DNA of 64,000 nt from Octopus sinensis (lineage: Eukaryota): positions 122,016,001 to 122,080,000 of the forward strand of contig NC_043000.1 in the NCBI RefSeq assembly GCF_006345805.1, read 5' to 3'. Both the position numbers and the translations under genes were made by a program. The notes beneath the pieces are model-generated. The model ran no database searches and was not told the DNA's origin. It saw nothing but the letters and a program-made list of their open reading frames with translations. Below are positions 1-12,798 of the stretch, piece after piece (position 1 is the stretch's first letter; every line of letters starts with the position of its first letter).

Positions 1-439
1 TAAGATAAAGTTTGCAACAGTGCTGCGTATAGAGAGACAAGTATTTAGATTATGTAAATAATATATTGATTGGATTCACAGGTATTATAGCAACCAAATA
101 CTTAACCTCATTAACAATTCTTTATCAGACTAACTCAATCTACAACACTCAATGTACAACACTGATGGAAATATACGTTTGCTTCTCTCGAACAAAATGA
201 TTCCTTAGATTATCAGACAAAATAAACATGAATAGAGAACGGGACGAATTATATTTGCGACTGCATACAACGGTGATAGTATTTAATAAATTAAGGCATA
301 GAGACATTTTAATTCTGACAAAAATAAGACAGTGATTCATATAACAATTTCAATTTTCACTTGATATTTTATCAATGTTGAATTCATCATAAAATCCCGA
401 AAATTCAACGCGATATGATTAAGAATATTTGTATACCTT

Positions 440-846
440 GAAGGCGGCGAGCTGGCAGAAACGTTATATATAGCGGTATTTCGTCTGCCGTTACGTTCTG
501 AGTTCAAATTCCGCTGAGGTCGACCTTGCCTTTCATATTTTCGGCGTCGATAAATTAAGTACCAGTTACGCACTGGGGTCGATATAATCGACTTAATCCG
601 CTTGTCTGTCCTTGTTTGTCCCTTCTGTGTTTAGCCCCTTGTGGATAATAAGGAAATATGTATTTCGACTACCGTTACGTTCTGAGTTCAAATTCCGCCG
701 AGGTCGACTTTGCCTTTCATCCTTTCGGGGTCGTTTAAATAGGTACCAGTTTCGCACTGGGATCGATATAATCGACTTCATCCATTTGTCTGTCCTTGTT
801 TGTCCCCTCTATGTTTATCCCCTGTGGGCAATAAAGAAATAAATAA
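440..846 (+). mobile_element. SINE family A head-to-tail dimer (full monomer plus 5'-truncated monomer)
   Basis: Starts GGCGGCGAGCTGGCAGAAACGTTA and contains the B-box-like GAGTTCAAATTCC twice. The second monomer starts near 661 (ATTTCGACTACC). An 11-bp TSD TTGTATACCTT lies at 429-439 and 847-857. Confidence 0.9.
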
Positions 847-1410
847 TTGTATACCTTTCTTCATATTTCAGCATGCATGATTATTTATGTTATTACTTAT
901 CTATTTCAAACAGTATAATTATATAAAGGTTTGTATATTTTCGAGTAGAAATCATGTGTCAATTTTAAAATATGCTCAAGATAGCATGGGGAAATATTCA
1001 TGTTTGTATAAATATACTTCAACCCTTAGTTCCCGAATCATTTGAAGGTGTCAGTGTTAAAGTATTTATGTACTCCACGGATCTATCATTACATTTCTCA
1101 GAGGAATGTTTTACAAAAGGTCTACTAACCGTGTCCCTATTCATAGCCTTCTCGGTGCTTGATTACATTAGGAAACTGAATTCTAATATCTTCATTTTCA
1201 TCCAAGTAACAGAGTATCACACACATTCAAAAATTTAATACAGAAATTTTACGTAGCCTTTTAGAAAGCTTGCTTTGCTCTGTTAATATTTTATAATACC
1301 ACAACTACGTGAGTGTTTTCCTTGTTATTACACAAATAGGCGATACATTGTTACGTTTATATATTTGTTTTGCAAGAGTCTTGATGTGAAATCGTGTGTT
1401 GAAACAGATG

Positions 1411-1744
1411 TTGTTGTATTTAGGGATGGTCATGTTGCCAGTTTAGCCAATAAAAACACACGCACTATATATATATATTTGGTGTTAATTTGCTTCAGCT
1501 TATTTTATTTTTACATTAATATTTCGGCCAGAGTTCTTTCGTCACACTTCTGTGACCTCATCAGTAGTCCTTTGCTTCTTTCTTATTTGTGTGTTTCTTA
1601 TTTGTGTAACGAAAGAACTCTGGCCGAAATAAGATTAAGATTAATGTAAAAAATAAATAAAGCTGAAGCAAATTAACACCAAATATATAGTGCATGTGTT
1701 TTTATTGGCTAAACTGGCAATATGACCATCCCTAAATACAACAA
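1411..1744. mobile_element. Small fold-back element (arms about 1411-1547 and 1604-1744), probable Penelope-like pseudo-LTR remnant
   Basis: TTGTTGTATTTAGGGATGGTCAT...GAGTTCTTTCGTCACAC is the near-perfect reverse complement of GTGTAACGAAAGAACTC...ATGACCATCCCTAAATACAACAA. It carries a hammerhead motif. Confidence 0.75.
1526..1569 (-). ncRNA. Minimal type I hammerhead ribozyme motif
   Basis: Minus strand reads GACTA CTGATGA G GTCAC-AGAAGT-GTGAC GAAA GAACTC TGGCC: canonical core, 5-bp helix II, stunted helix III, and an imperfect helix I (A-U, U.G, C-G). Confidence 0.65.
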
Positions 1745-2124
1745 TAAGCGTTACTTTTTAATGTACTTACATGTTTTATTCACATCTTGCTGCAAGTTTA
1801 CTGGCTTTCTCAATCTGTTTTGCCAGAGATCTTTACGAAGGACATTTAACGGCCGATGCTAGTTTTAAATAATTTTATTAATGTGCGTTATAAAGAAAGC
1901 TACATCACGATATGTTTCTGAAATGCAGACCTGAATAGCATATTATTGCATGAGGGTCAGTAACATTCATCAAATGGAATGATACTAATATATTTGAATG
2001 ATATTCACTTATGAACAGTCGTTTATGACATACGAAGCAGTGTCGATTTTTACAATTCTGCAAATAATAATAATAGTATTTTATAAGCCTAAAGCTTATA
2101 AGCGATCACCGTGCAATGACTAAA

Positions 2125-2192
<68 letters not shown>

Positions 2193-4297
2193 CAGTACCA
2201 CAGTAATATCATTATTCTTTAAAGTGAAAAGTTTATATAGCCTTTTCTATATTTCCTATTCTAAACTCTATACCAGTGATGTTTTGAATAGTGATAATGC
2301 TAAATATGGACACTTCACACCTTGCTCTTAAAACCTGGAGATATTAAATTCATTGACAAATTTGGCTGCTTAGCTTAAATCTCCGAATCTCAAAACATGA
2401 AATACTCGGAAAAATTTTTGAAATTTTATATCAAAATAAAACACCATTACAGACACAAATCCCTTTTTATGTACAGTATTTAAAATCTTTCAAAAATACA
2501 TGTTGCTCATCGTCATTTAACATATACGTCTCCTGGACACACTGTCTAAGATCACATCATTAAACCCATTTGTCTTACTTCTTAAGCTACTCAAAAAACA
2601 GCAAGCAAAGTGCCTGATGTCTTTGGCATCAGCTACAGACAACACGCAGCTTATTGTCATTGAACAATATGTCAATATATTTCCTTCAAATGTGTTTTAG
2701 ATATATCTCTCAAATCGTCGTCTTTTGAATGTTAGCGGAAATTTCGCAAAATTCTTGAGGCAAAGTGTTCTATATTTGACTTTTCGGAATTCTGTGCGAT
2801 TAAATAAATGTTCTTTGGAAAATGACACCTAGTAAAAGATGGTTTGCAATTTCATAGCTGCTAGAAACATTTGCAAATATCCTTAAATTTTGATGCTTCC
2901 ACTCAGATTGGCCGCCATCACAGATGGATTTGTTTACAAATGAAATATAAAAATTGAAGCATAAATTAATATAGACACATCCTCTAAGAAGCATGTCATG
3001 ACGGTTATTCCATCGTATAAAACGGAAGTTATGTAGTAATTATGACTTGAGTCGAAATTCCTGAAGTAGCATCCACTCATTCCTTCTCTGGCAAAGTATG
3101 GTCACTCCGTACACGTCTGTATTTCATTTTTATCTTCCGTAATTTAGACATGGATTCCTTTAGTGGAAGGTTTTAATTTATATATTTCCACATACTAAAA
3201 ACAACCTTCGGTTAACATTGTTTAGATTCAAACAGAGAATATTCAACTGAAAACGATAAATACAAATAGATGACAGCAGCAATGCATTCAGAAAATTGTG
3301 ACCTTTTTCGAATTATAAGAATTTTTTAAAATTAATTTTAATGGAAGCATTTGAATTCTGAAAGCACAATACACAGTAAAACGGATCGTTCAAAAGCCTG
3401 GTATACGATAATTTCCACAAACACAGGGTGTTTCTTTCACACGAAATTGAATAATGAAGTATACTAATTTAAAATGAATTTCATATTCATTCATATCTAT
3501 AACACACACATACACACGAGCACAAATATATTTATGTATGTATGTGTGTTGACGCCAATCATTTAGCCAGCCATCAGCTATGACTCTTCTTGGCATATAT
3601 TTAAAACATATTTATCTCTATTTCTAATTTTTCAAGAGAGTTGGAATTAGGTTTTCAGACACACAATTTTTCTTATCCACAAGCTGGATTTTTTTAATTG
3701 CTTCAAGGTAATTTTTTAGTAGTAGAGTTAAAACGTAAAACGTACAGAGCATTTTGTTTACAAAAACAAAACATTATAGTAAAGAACTGTTATAGTGGAT
3801 TCATTGCAATGATAAGCTTAGAGCAAAGCAAAATGATAAGCTTAACTTGAAGTGAAAGATGCCGTAGGAAATTGTTATTGATGTGAAAAGAAATGGCTGC
3901 ACATATTAACAATTTTTGTAGCTTCGAACATGGAAAAAAATTAACAGCGTCACAATAAATAGAAATGTAATTAGAAATACAACAATAATTGCAGAAAATA
4001 GTCAAAAACAACAGCCAAAACATAATTAAGCATAAAAACTTCAAATGTAAAACATATTGCTGTATCTTTTTTTACGAATATATGTATACACAAATAACCA
4101 CGTACATGCGTGATGGAAATAAAATACAAATGTGTGGCAAATTCTACACAACTGACAGATTCACGGACAACTGAATATAATCACCCACAACGTATATATA
4201 CACAATTTGATTATAAAAGTGCGTTTGAGCATGTGTATGCGTACCTGCCATAAATGCACCCACATTCATTCATACATATATACGTATAATATATATA

Positions 4298-4329
<32 letters not shown>

Positions 4330-4422
4330 TATACTTATGCATGGATGTATGAATGAATGTGGGTGTATTTATATATATATAGCTAGATACATATGGAGCC
4401 ACATAGATACACATGCACAAGT

Positions 4423-4488
<66 letters not shown>

Positions 4489-4639
4489 GTCTATATCTAT
4501 GTATGTATGTATATATATTCCTATCTATACGTATACATATGGACGAAAGTGAATAAAAATATATATAATTTTAAAACATAAAATAATTGGTGCAAAAACG
4601 CATATGCAAGTATATTTCACATATATATATAAGTATGTA

Positions 4640-4684
<45 letters not shown>

Positions 4685-4940
4685 CACATATATATATGTT
4701 TCGGATGTATATGTTTGTATGTATAAATGTATGTGTATGTGTGTTCATGCATGTGTTACTAGTTTCGCATATGTGTCAGTCTGACTGTGGATATATTGTA
4801 CGTAAATCTTTTGTTTTTCACATAAATGTTCTATTGATTTTATGCAGGAAACTAAGCAACAAGGCTGTCAGCAAAGCGGATGGGTTAAAAAAATTACAAA
4901 ATTGAAAAGCTATATTTCTTTTCTTGATCTGAAATACAAG

Positions 4941-5021
4941 AAGACTTGGAACTGATGATTGAAGCGCAAGAGCAGAAGATGGATAATGTGACTGCTAAAA
5001 GAGGAGGATATTCCTTTAAAG
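4941..5021 (+). other. Candidate 81-bp phase 1-1 coding exon, (E)DLELMIEAQEQKMDNVTAKRGGYSFK(G)
   Basis: Pyrimidine tract and TACAAG| acceptor, AAAG|GTATCC donor, open frame, non-repetitive and locally higher GC. No homolog recognised. Confidence 0.3.
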
Positions 5022-6133
5022 GTATCCTGATTTATCTATATCCCAAACGTATATCTTTGTATATAAGCCATAGCACAGTATAGTATATTATTTAAGATAG
5101 GAGAGCAGTATTTTACGATAACTGCCAGTATTAATATTACTCAGAAACTGCTATATGATGATGTGTATATATGTGTGTGTATATATATACTCACGTTTGT
5201 AAATATATATATATATACATATAAATATGAGTTGTAAACGCATTCAAATATGATTATATATGTGTGTGTATGCGTGTGTATACACATGTATATATTTACA
5301 TAAAATATAAAAATATAAAATAATATATATGTATATTATAAACTCGTACAAATGTATATGTTATTTATATATATATACATATATATGACACCTAGGTATT
5401 CAGCATTAAGCGTGTGATACGAAAGAGCTCAACATTAGACGAATATCTTTCTCGGATATAAGAATACATCACTATACTTGATGCCCACAAATGCCGTTGC
5501 ATTTACATAGATTTTAATTGGTATCTTAACCAACGCATATCATTATCCAAAAATACAATTATCACTCCTGTTTCAAGCACCTATGAACAGCAAGCCACAT
5601 TTAAAGTTAATTTAATAAACTTTATGGTACCTTAATGACTGTAATCATGTTGAATAAAATGTAATACGTTCATCGGGAATTTGAAACTAATTTGTATGAC
5701 TACAGCTCTATCGACTCGTTCGTATTTATTTTTTCTTCCTAATTTACAGTCGGAATTCCTGTATCTTACAAAATCAGCCGAATGTTTGTTTCCTGATTTC
5801 AGAAACATTAGGAAGTTACTCGTACAGCATTCTCTCCTTTCAACATTCATTGCTCCATCTTTCACTGGAGGGCGGGCTAGAGACAGAGAAGTTATGGATG
5901 ATTACTCGCGACTATATAGCCTTCTATAACAACGAAACCAAAGTAGCCGCTGTTACGTTATACTCCCTTGCGAGTAACGTCCCCTGGTGACATGTATATA
6001 ATTGTGTTTTTGTATGCATACACACTCACGCGGACGCACTCAAACATACACACTAGCACGCACGCAAACATACACATCGCGCACACGCACAAACACGCAC
6101 ACACACAACACACACACACACGCACACACACAC

Positions 6134-6214
<81 letters not shown>

Positions 6215-6321
6215 GAAATTCGGGGTGAGTACTTGATAATTATAAGCACCTGTGTATACCGTTTGGTAGTGTAGGTGGTGGAGTAAATTGATCAAAATAA
6301 AAACATGATGCCAAGGATTCA

Positions 6322-6399
6322 GCGGTACATATGTTTCGGGCCTTTATTAGACAGATTTATAACAATGCATAATGTATGTCTGTGGCCTTCTTCAGCCGC
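6322..6399 (-). ncRNA. Type I hammerhead ribozyme motif (left arm copy)
   Basis: Exact reverse complement of 8984-9061. Confidence 0.75.
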
Positions 6400-8983
6400 G
6401 CACAACAGCTTCCACAAGGACATGTGTTACATCAAATATTCTTGGTTGGGGATGCAAATCCTCTCATTCGCGTACGACATAATGCGGCAACAGCATAGAA
6501 TTGAAGCGTCCATCTCTTTCTTCTCTCAATGTAGAATGGGGAAATTTGGATGTTGAAGTAATGTAAATAAATAAATACATATATAGACGTGAAGATGGAG
6601 GGGCGAGAATTCAGGACGAAGGATAAAAAATATATAAAAAGTGTAAGTATAGAAAAATATAAAAGTGTAGAGTATAAAGATATAAAGAGATATAAGGAGA
6701 TATAAAGGAGATATAAAGAATATAAAGAAATATAAATGAATATAAAGGCATAAGGTTATAAAGTAAAAATAGAAATAGAAACAAAAGTAAAAAGTAAAAA
6801 AATAAAAATAGGAATAAAAATGTTAAAAATGTAAAAAAATGTAAAAAAATATAACGATAAGGGATGTATAGAGGTTACGGACGAAACATGGTGGTCAGGA
6901 AATTGATAAAATTTAGTTGTAGAAGCTTTGGGTGTCAATAAATCAACAGGGTCGTCTGGGGACCTAGTGTATTGTAAATCAGAGCTGTTGAGCGGTTATT
7001 CTAGTTCTTTGAATTAATTGGTCATCTTGTACATATATACCATCATGGATACATACACCCATATACACGCACACATATACGCGCGCATACACGGCTCCAA
7101 GCATATAAGCATACATACGCACTCACGTGTAAACATGTACATAAACACATATACACCCACACACACGCGCGTATATATACATACATACAACAGAATATGC
7201 GCATATATACACGGACATTATACGTGTACACACCCATATATACATACGTACGTCCATCCTACATACACATACACAGATGCCCACGCGTCCAGGTTTAGAT
7301 ATAAGATATTAAAGGATGTATATAAGAACGTATGTAAAGAATCACGCACTCACGTCTACACGTGCACGCACACACGTCTGTGTGTCCATATGTGCGTGCA
7401 CATATACACTTACATACACACACAGAGACATACGCGCGTATAGGTATAGCTATAAGATATTAAAAGATGTATACAAATAGGTGTAAACATATGCATATAA
7501 GAAATCTGCGAAAACATGTAAAAAAATGTAAAGAAATACTTAAGAAATTTTTAAAAATTATTAAAGAAAATTATTAGAGATGAGTAACGGGGTATGCACA
7601 TCCAGACGTAGATGTTTACTCGTACATATGTACACATATGTATACGTATACATACGTACGCGGACGCACGTATAATCATAAAGCGGATCCATAGGTAAGT
7701 AAATAAGGGATAAGCAAAAAAAATAGACATATATAGAGATATAAAGCGATACGTTAGGGGTAAGAATGAGGGTAAGAATAAAAATTAGAAATAAAAGTAA
7801 GAAATACAATATAAAATAAGAAATGCAATATAAAAGTTAGAAATGAAATCTAAAAATTATAAAAATTATGAGAATTAAAATAAGGGATGAAATAAAAATA
7901 AGAATAAAGGTAAAGCGAAATAGAATAGGATAAAGCAAAATAAAAATATAATCTGGTAAAGTTTAACATGAGAGTGTATATGTGCACGCACATATGGACA
8001 CACAGCCGTGTGTGCGTGCACGTGTAGACGTGAGTGCGTGATTCTTTACATACGTTCTTATATACATCCTTTAATATCTTATATCTAAACCTGGACGTGT
8101 GGGCATCTGTGTATGTGTATGTAGGGATGGACGTACGTATGTATATATGGGTGTGTACACGTATAATGTCCGTGTATATATGCGCATATTCTGTTGTATG
8201 TATGTATATATACGCGCGTGTGTGTGGGTGTATATGTGTTTATGTACATGTTTACACGTGAGTGCGTATGTATGCTTATATGCTTGGAGCCGTGTATGCG
8301 CGCGTATATGTGTGCGTGTATATGGGTGTATGTATCCATGATGGTATGTATGTACAAGATGACCAATTAATTCAAAGAACTAGAATAACCGCTCAACAGC
8401 TCTGATTTACAAACACTAGGTCCCCAGACGACCCTGTTGATTTATTGACACCCAAAGCTTCTACAACTAAATTTTATCAATTTCCTGACCACCATGTTTC
8501 GTCCGTAACCTCTATACATCCCTTATCTTTATATTTTTTTACATTTTTTTACATTTTTAACATTTTTATTCCTATTTTTATTTTTTTACTTTTTACTTTT
8601 ATTTCTATTTCTATTTTTACTTTATAACCTTATGCCTTTATATTCATTTATGTTTCTTTATATTCTTTATATCCCCTTTATATCTCCTTATATCTCTTTA
8701 TATCTTTATACTCTACACTTTTATATTTTTCTATACTTACACTTTTTATATATTTTTTATCCTTCGTCCGGAATTCTCGCCCCTCCATCTTCACGTCTAT
8801 ATATGTATTTATTTATTTACATTACTTCAACATCCAAATTTCCTCATTCTACATTGAGAGAAGAAAGAGATGGACGCTTCAATTCTATGCTGTTGCCGCA
8901 TTATGTCGTACGCGAATGAGAGGATTTGCATCCCCAACCAAGAATATTTGATGTAACACATGTCCTTGTGGAAGCTGTTGTGC

Positions 8984-9061
8984 GCGGCTGAAGAAGGCCA
9001 CAGACATACATTATGCATTGTTATAAATCTGTCTAATAAAGGCCCGAAACATATGTACCGC
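8984..9061 (+). ncRNA. Type I hammerhead ribozyme motif (right arm copy)
   Basis: GCGG CTGAAGA AGGCC ACAGA...TCTGT...AGGCCC GAAAC ATAT GTA CCGC. Helix I is GCGG/CCGC, helix II is extended, helix III is the palindrome ACATATGT, and the predicted GUA cleavage site is after 9057. Confidence 0.75.
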
Positions 9062-9119
9062 TGAATCCTTGGCATCATGTTTTTATTTTGATCAATTTAT
9101 ATATATATATATATATATA

Positions 9120-9345
9120 ACGGGAAGGTTTACGGAAATAAACAAAAGACGAAGGCAGGTGGAGTACAAACAATGTATTAGTATGGTGCTCAGGAATAGA
9201 AATAAAACAAGTCTTTTACGTTTCGAGCCTACGCTCTTCCACAGAAAGATACACAGAAAAGAAACAAGGAGATAAACAAGAAGAGAAAGAAATTGCGTGT
9301 AGGGGCTAACGATCCAGCATGGCGTTCTTAATAATACCATATATA
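9120..9345 (-). mobile_element. Probable Penelope-like pseudo-LTR fragment with a minimal hammerhead variant at 9213-9248
   Basis: Minus strand CTTT CTGTGGA A GAGC-GTAG-GCTC GAAAC GTA AAAG. It lies between TA-rich microsatellites. Confidence 0.55.
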
Positions 9346-9730
9346 TATATATTCTTTTACACGATTCAGCCCCAAGGCTGTGACCATGGTGGCGCGCACG
9401 CACACACGCATACACACGCATACGCACACATGTATATAATACGTTGTTGGGGAACAGTGAAAATGGAAAGTGATAAAGCTATGAATAATAGTTGGATACT
9501 TTGACAATATTGGAAAAAAAAATAAGTCGAAGGCTGTACAAGGGATTCGAACATGAACGTTGTACAAATGGAACAATGGAGTCCACCGACATTGTCTCAC
9601 CATAATAAAAAAGACTTTATTTGTCCCTTTGAGAATAGCAGGTTCAAGAATTTATAGGAATTTAGAGAATCCAAGAGTACACGATAATTTTATATTTTTT
9701 GCTTCGGAACGATGTAACTGGAGACGTAAT

Positions 9731-9942
9731 CGAGCTGGTAGAAACGTTAGCACGCCGGGCGAAATGCTTAACAGCCTGAATTCAAATTCCGCCGAGGTTG
9801 ACTTTCCCCTCTCATCTTTTCGGGGTCGACAAATTAAGTACCAGTTACGCACTGAGGTCGATCTAATCGACCTAATCCGTTTGTCTGTCCTTGTTTGTCC
9901 CCTCTATGTTTAGCCCCCCGTGGACAATAAAGAGATTAATAA
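9731..9942 (+). mobile_element. SINE family A monomer (internal deletion)
   Basis: Colinear with 443-657 and ends CAATAAAGAGATTAATAAA. Confidence 0.85.
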
Positions 9943-10369
9943 AGTCGAAGTTTGACATATGACGTCAACGCACAAGTACACACACACACATAAAAGCATG
10001 CACACATATATGCGTATGTATATAACAGAGACAAACATACCAGAACATATATTCTAATGACGTTTAATTCTTATTTGTAAAGATGCGTTTAATCTATTAA
10101 AGCATGAATATATGCGAATGGTGTAACGTTGCAGAAAACCGAATCAGAGCCATGGCTTATCGGAATTGGCCTCCTAATACTCACACGTACAATGTTATTA
10201 GAAATATCTACATAAAAGAAGCATTTCTGTGTCGGTTTAGTTGTTAATGTGTTTATCTACGTATTGATAATACCATATGATTAAAGCTATGAAATTGTTA
10301 GAATCCAACATTTCTAAAATCATGTAGGCAATATGTGTGTGTGTGTGTATGTACGCATGTATATATATG

Positions 10370-10402
<33 letters not shown>

Positions 10403-10403
10403 C

Positions 10404-10682
10404 GAGGCGCAGTGGTTAGGGCAGCGGGCTCGCGGTCGTAGAATTGCGGTTTCGTTTCCCAGTACGGGCGTTGTGAGTGTTTATTGAGCGAAAACACCTA
10501 AAGCTCCACGATGCCCCGGCAAGAGGTGGTGGCGATCTCTGATGTACTCTTTCGCCACAACTTTCTCTTACTCTTTCTTCTGTTGGCCTGCTCGCTTAAC
10601 CAGCAGGGTGGCGTCATTTGAAGGCGAAAACAATGCGAAGCGCATGTAGCAACATCTGATATCGTGGTCGGTCACGGTGATG
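10404..10682 (+). mobile_element. tRNA-derived SINE family B
   Basis: tRNA-like head GAGGCGCAGTGGTTAGGGCAGCGG...GGTTTCGTTTCCC, shared with the 12021 and 32771 copies. Confidence 0.8.
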
Positions 10683-10745
10683 TATATATAAATATATGTA
10701 GTAGATAAACCAAAGACGAGGACAGGTGTATGTATATGTATATAT

Positions 10746-10792
<47 letters not shown>

Positions 10793-11599
10793 GGGACAAG
10801 AACGCAAAACATCCAGTAAGTTAGGTGATACAAGAAAGTGATAACAAAATGTCTAGATAGATGATACAAAGAGAACAAGGGCAAGTCATTCGGAGTTTTC
10901 TTTCCTCAGTCGAGTTCCGGAATATCTTTGCAATTTCGGCTGATTATACTCCAGATTCCTCCAATCTGACCAGCCCCGACGAAACACTAAGCCTTGGAAG
11001 AAAGCAGCGAAAAAACAGAGAAAGTTACACAAATACAAATAACAGGACATAACAACAGTTGTCTTCCGAGGCGAAGACAGGTATATTTATATACGTGTGT
11101 GTGAGTTTGTGTGTCTGTGTATGAGTTTGTCTGTGTGTACATATTGCTTTTGATTTTCTAAATTTAGCACAAAGTAGATGTTCCCAAATCTGCTTTGAAG
11201 TGTCTATATATATATATGTGTGTGCGTGGTGTGTATGTTTGGATGAGAAAGAAATCACAAAAAAATTCTGTCTAGCCCACGCTCTCTATTTGTGCATATA
11301 CAGATATAAATGTATGTATATCTGTGTGTATATGTGAAAGACCGTGTGTATGTGTATGCGTGTGAGTGTGTGTGCGCGCATAGATATATACGTTGCATTC
11401 CATGGGTTTTGAGGCATTTTAGGAGACGTAGTTATAACAATCGTAGACTATTCTCATTTCAGTATATCATTAATTTATATTGGATGGTCTAATCTGTGAG
11501 TTTTTGTTATTCCAGATCGGTTGGAGATGGCTGTAACAATATTTTGAATGCTCCCCAATAAACACTGCTTGTCACGCCTGACGAGTTCGCAGAATCCCA

Positions 11600-11770
11600 T
11601 CGGAGAGTTTGGAAGATTGCTATGAAATGAAATTTGGTGCTAAACTGGGGAAAAACGCTGCCGAAACTTATGGTATCCTCCAAAGTGCTTATAACCTGAT
11701 GTTTTTGCGGGCAAAAAGGACTCTGGAAAGAAGGGGAGAGACGACAAAATGTGTGCGATGCAGAAGGATA
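11600..11770 (+). pseudogene. Tc1/mariner transposase N-terminal relic
   Basis: YEMKFGAKLGKNAAETYGILQSAY resembles the mariner N-terminal HTH consensus (YAIKFCFKLGKxATETxxML). Frameshifted afterwards. Confidence 0.65.
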
Positions 11771-12020
11771 CCAGAGCATCAGTTCTGGATTAGAAAATTT
11801 TCAATTTTCTGAATGAATGGTGCCATGTGACAATAAAAACAATAAGCATACTATTCGGAATCAGAATGACAACTCTACAGAAATAAACACGAAGATCTGA
11901 ACATGCGCAAAAGTTGTACAAATTTTGTTGATACAGTGGTCAGGAGTCTTTTATTTCTTTTGCTTTTGAGGATCAAGACTTTTCATACCACCCTTGTATA
12001 TATGTACGTATAAGTATATT

Positions 12021-12400
12021 TGTGGAGGCGCAATGGCCCAGTGGTTAGGGCAGCGGACTCACGGTCATAGGATCGCGGTTTCGATTCCCAGACCGGGCGT
12101 TGTGAGTGTTTATTGAGCGAAAACACATAAAGCTCCACGAGGCTCCGGCAGCGATGGTGGTGATCCCTGCTGTACTCTTTCACCACAACTTTCTCTTACT
12201 TCCTGTTTCTGTTGTACCTGTATTTCAAAGGGCCGGCCTTGTCACTCTCTGTGTCACGCTGAATATCCCCGAGAACTACGTTAAGGGTACACGTGTCTGT
12301 GGAGTGCTCAGCCACTTACACGTTAATTTCACGAGCAGGCTGTTCCGTTGATTCGGATCAACGGGAACCCTCGTCTTCGTAACCGACGGGGTGCTTCCAA
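12021..12400 (+). mobile_element. tRNA-derived SINE family B, full length
   Basis: A/B-box-like head GGAGGCGCAATGGCCCAGTGG...GGTTTCGATTCCC. A 12-bp TSD GTATAAGTATAT lies at 12008-12019 and 12401-12412. Confidence 0.9.
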
Positions 12401-12423
12401 GTATAAGTATATATATATATATA

Positions 12424-12490
<67 letters not shown>

Positions 12491-12494
<4 letters not shown>

Positions 12495-12727
12495 CACAAC
12501 GACCTCGAACCCACAAGAGTAAACAAGAGAGACAGAGAAAGGCAGAAACAAGGAAAATGCCACTTGTATTTGAACAAAATGCAAATATTCTTTTAAAAAA
12601 GCTTTTCTTTTAATTTTTCTAAATTTAATTGTTTAATTGTTACAGTTGAAAATGTCTCAATGACTGGAACCGATACTGAAATGTTTTTTATAAAATTATT
12701 TTAGCATTTTCTATCTTGACTTTTTTT

Positions 12728-12730
<3 letters not shown>
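12491..12730. repeat. Unclassified interspersed repeat between (TA)n tracts; second copy at about 15716-15860
   Basis: CACAAGAGTAAACAAGAGAGACAGAGA.AGGCAGAAAC.AGGAAAATGCCACTTGTATTTGAACA occurs at both loci. Confidence 0.7.

Positions 12731-12798
<68 letters not shown>

Larger units (their letters stand above)
6214..9099. mobile_element. Non-coding palindromic Penelope-like element: arms 6284-7410 and 7973-9099 (about 1127 bp each), spacer 7411-7972, 70-bp unpaired tail 6214-6283
   Basis: Mirror ORFs in the track have a constant coordinate sum of about 15383 (6305..6556/8827..9078; 6756..6938/8445..8627). Both ends abut (TA)n, and each arm has a hammerhead near its outer end. Confidence 0.85.

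Noticed and set aside
5390-5430. GTAT...ATAC GAAA GAGCTC, resembling the 3' half of a minimal hammerhead
   Set aside because: No CUGANGA upstream and no helix I.
6305-6556. Duplicated 83-aa ORF MMPRIQRY... (also 8827-9078)
   Set aside because: It is antisense to the hammerhead-bearing strand. Its duplication reflects the palindrome, not protein conservation.
12021-12095. tRNA-like sequences at SINE heads
   Set aside because: They continue into SINE bodies with TSDs and lack a complete cloverleaf, so they are not called tRNA genes.
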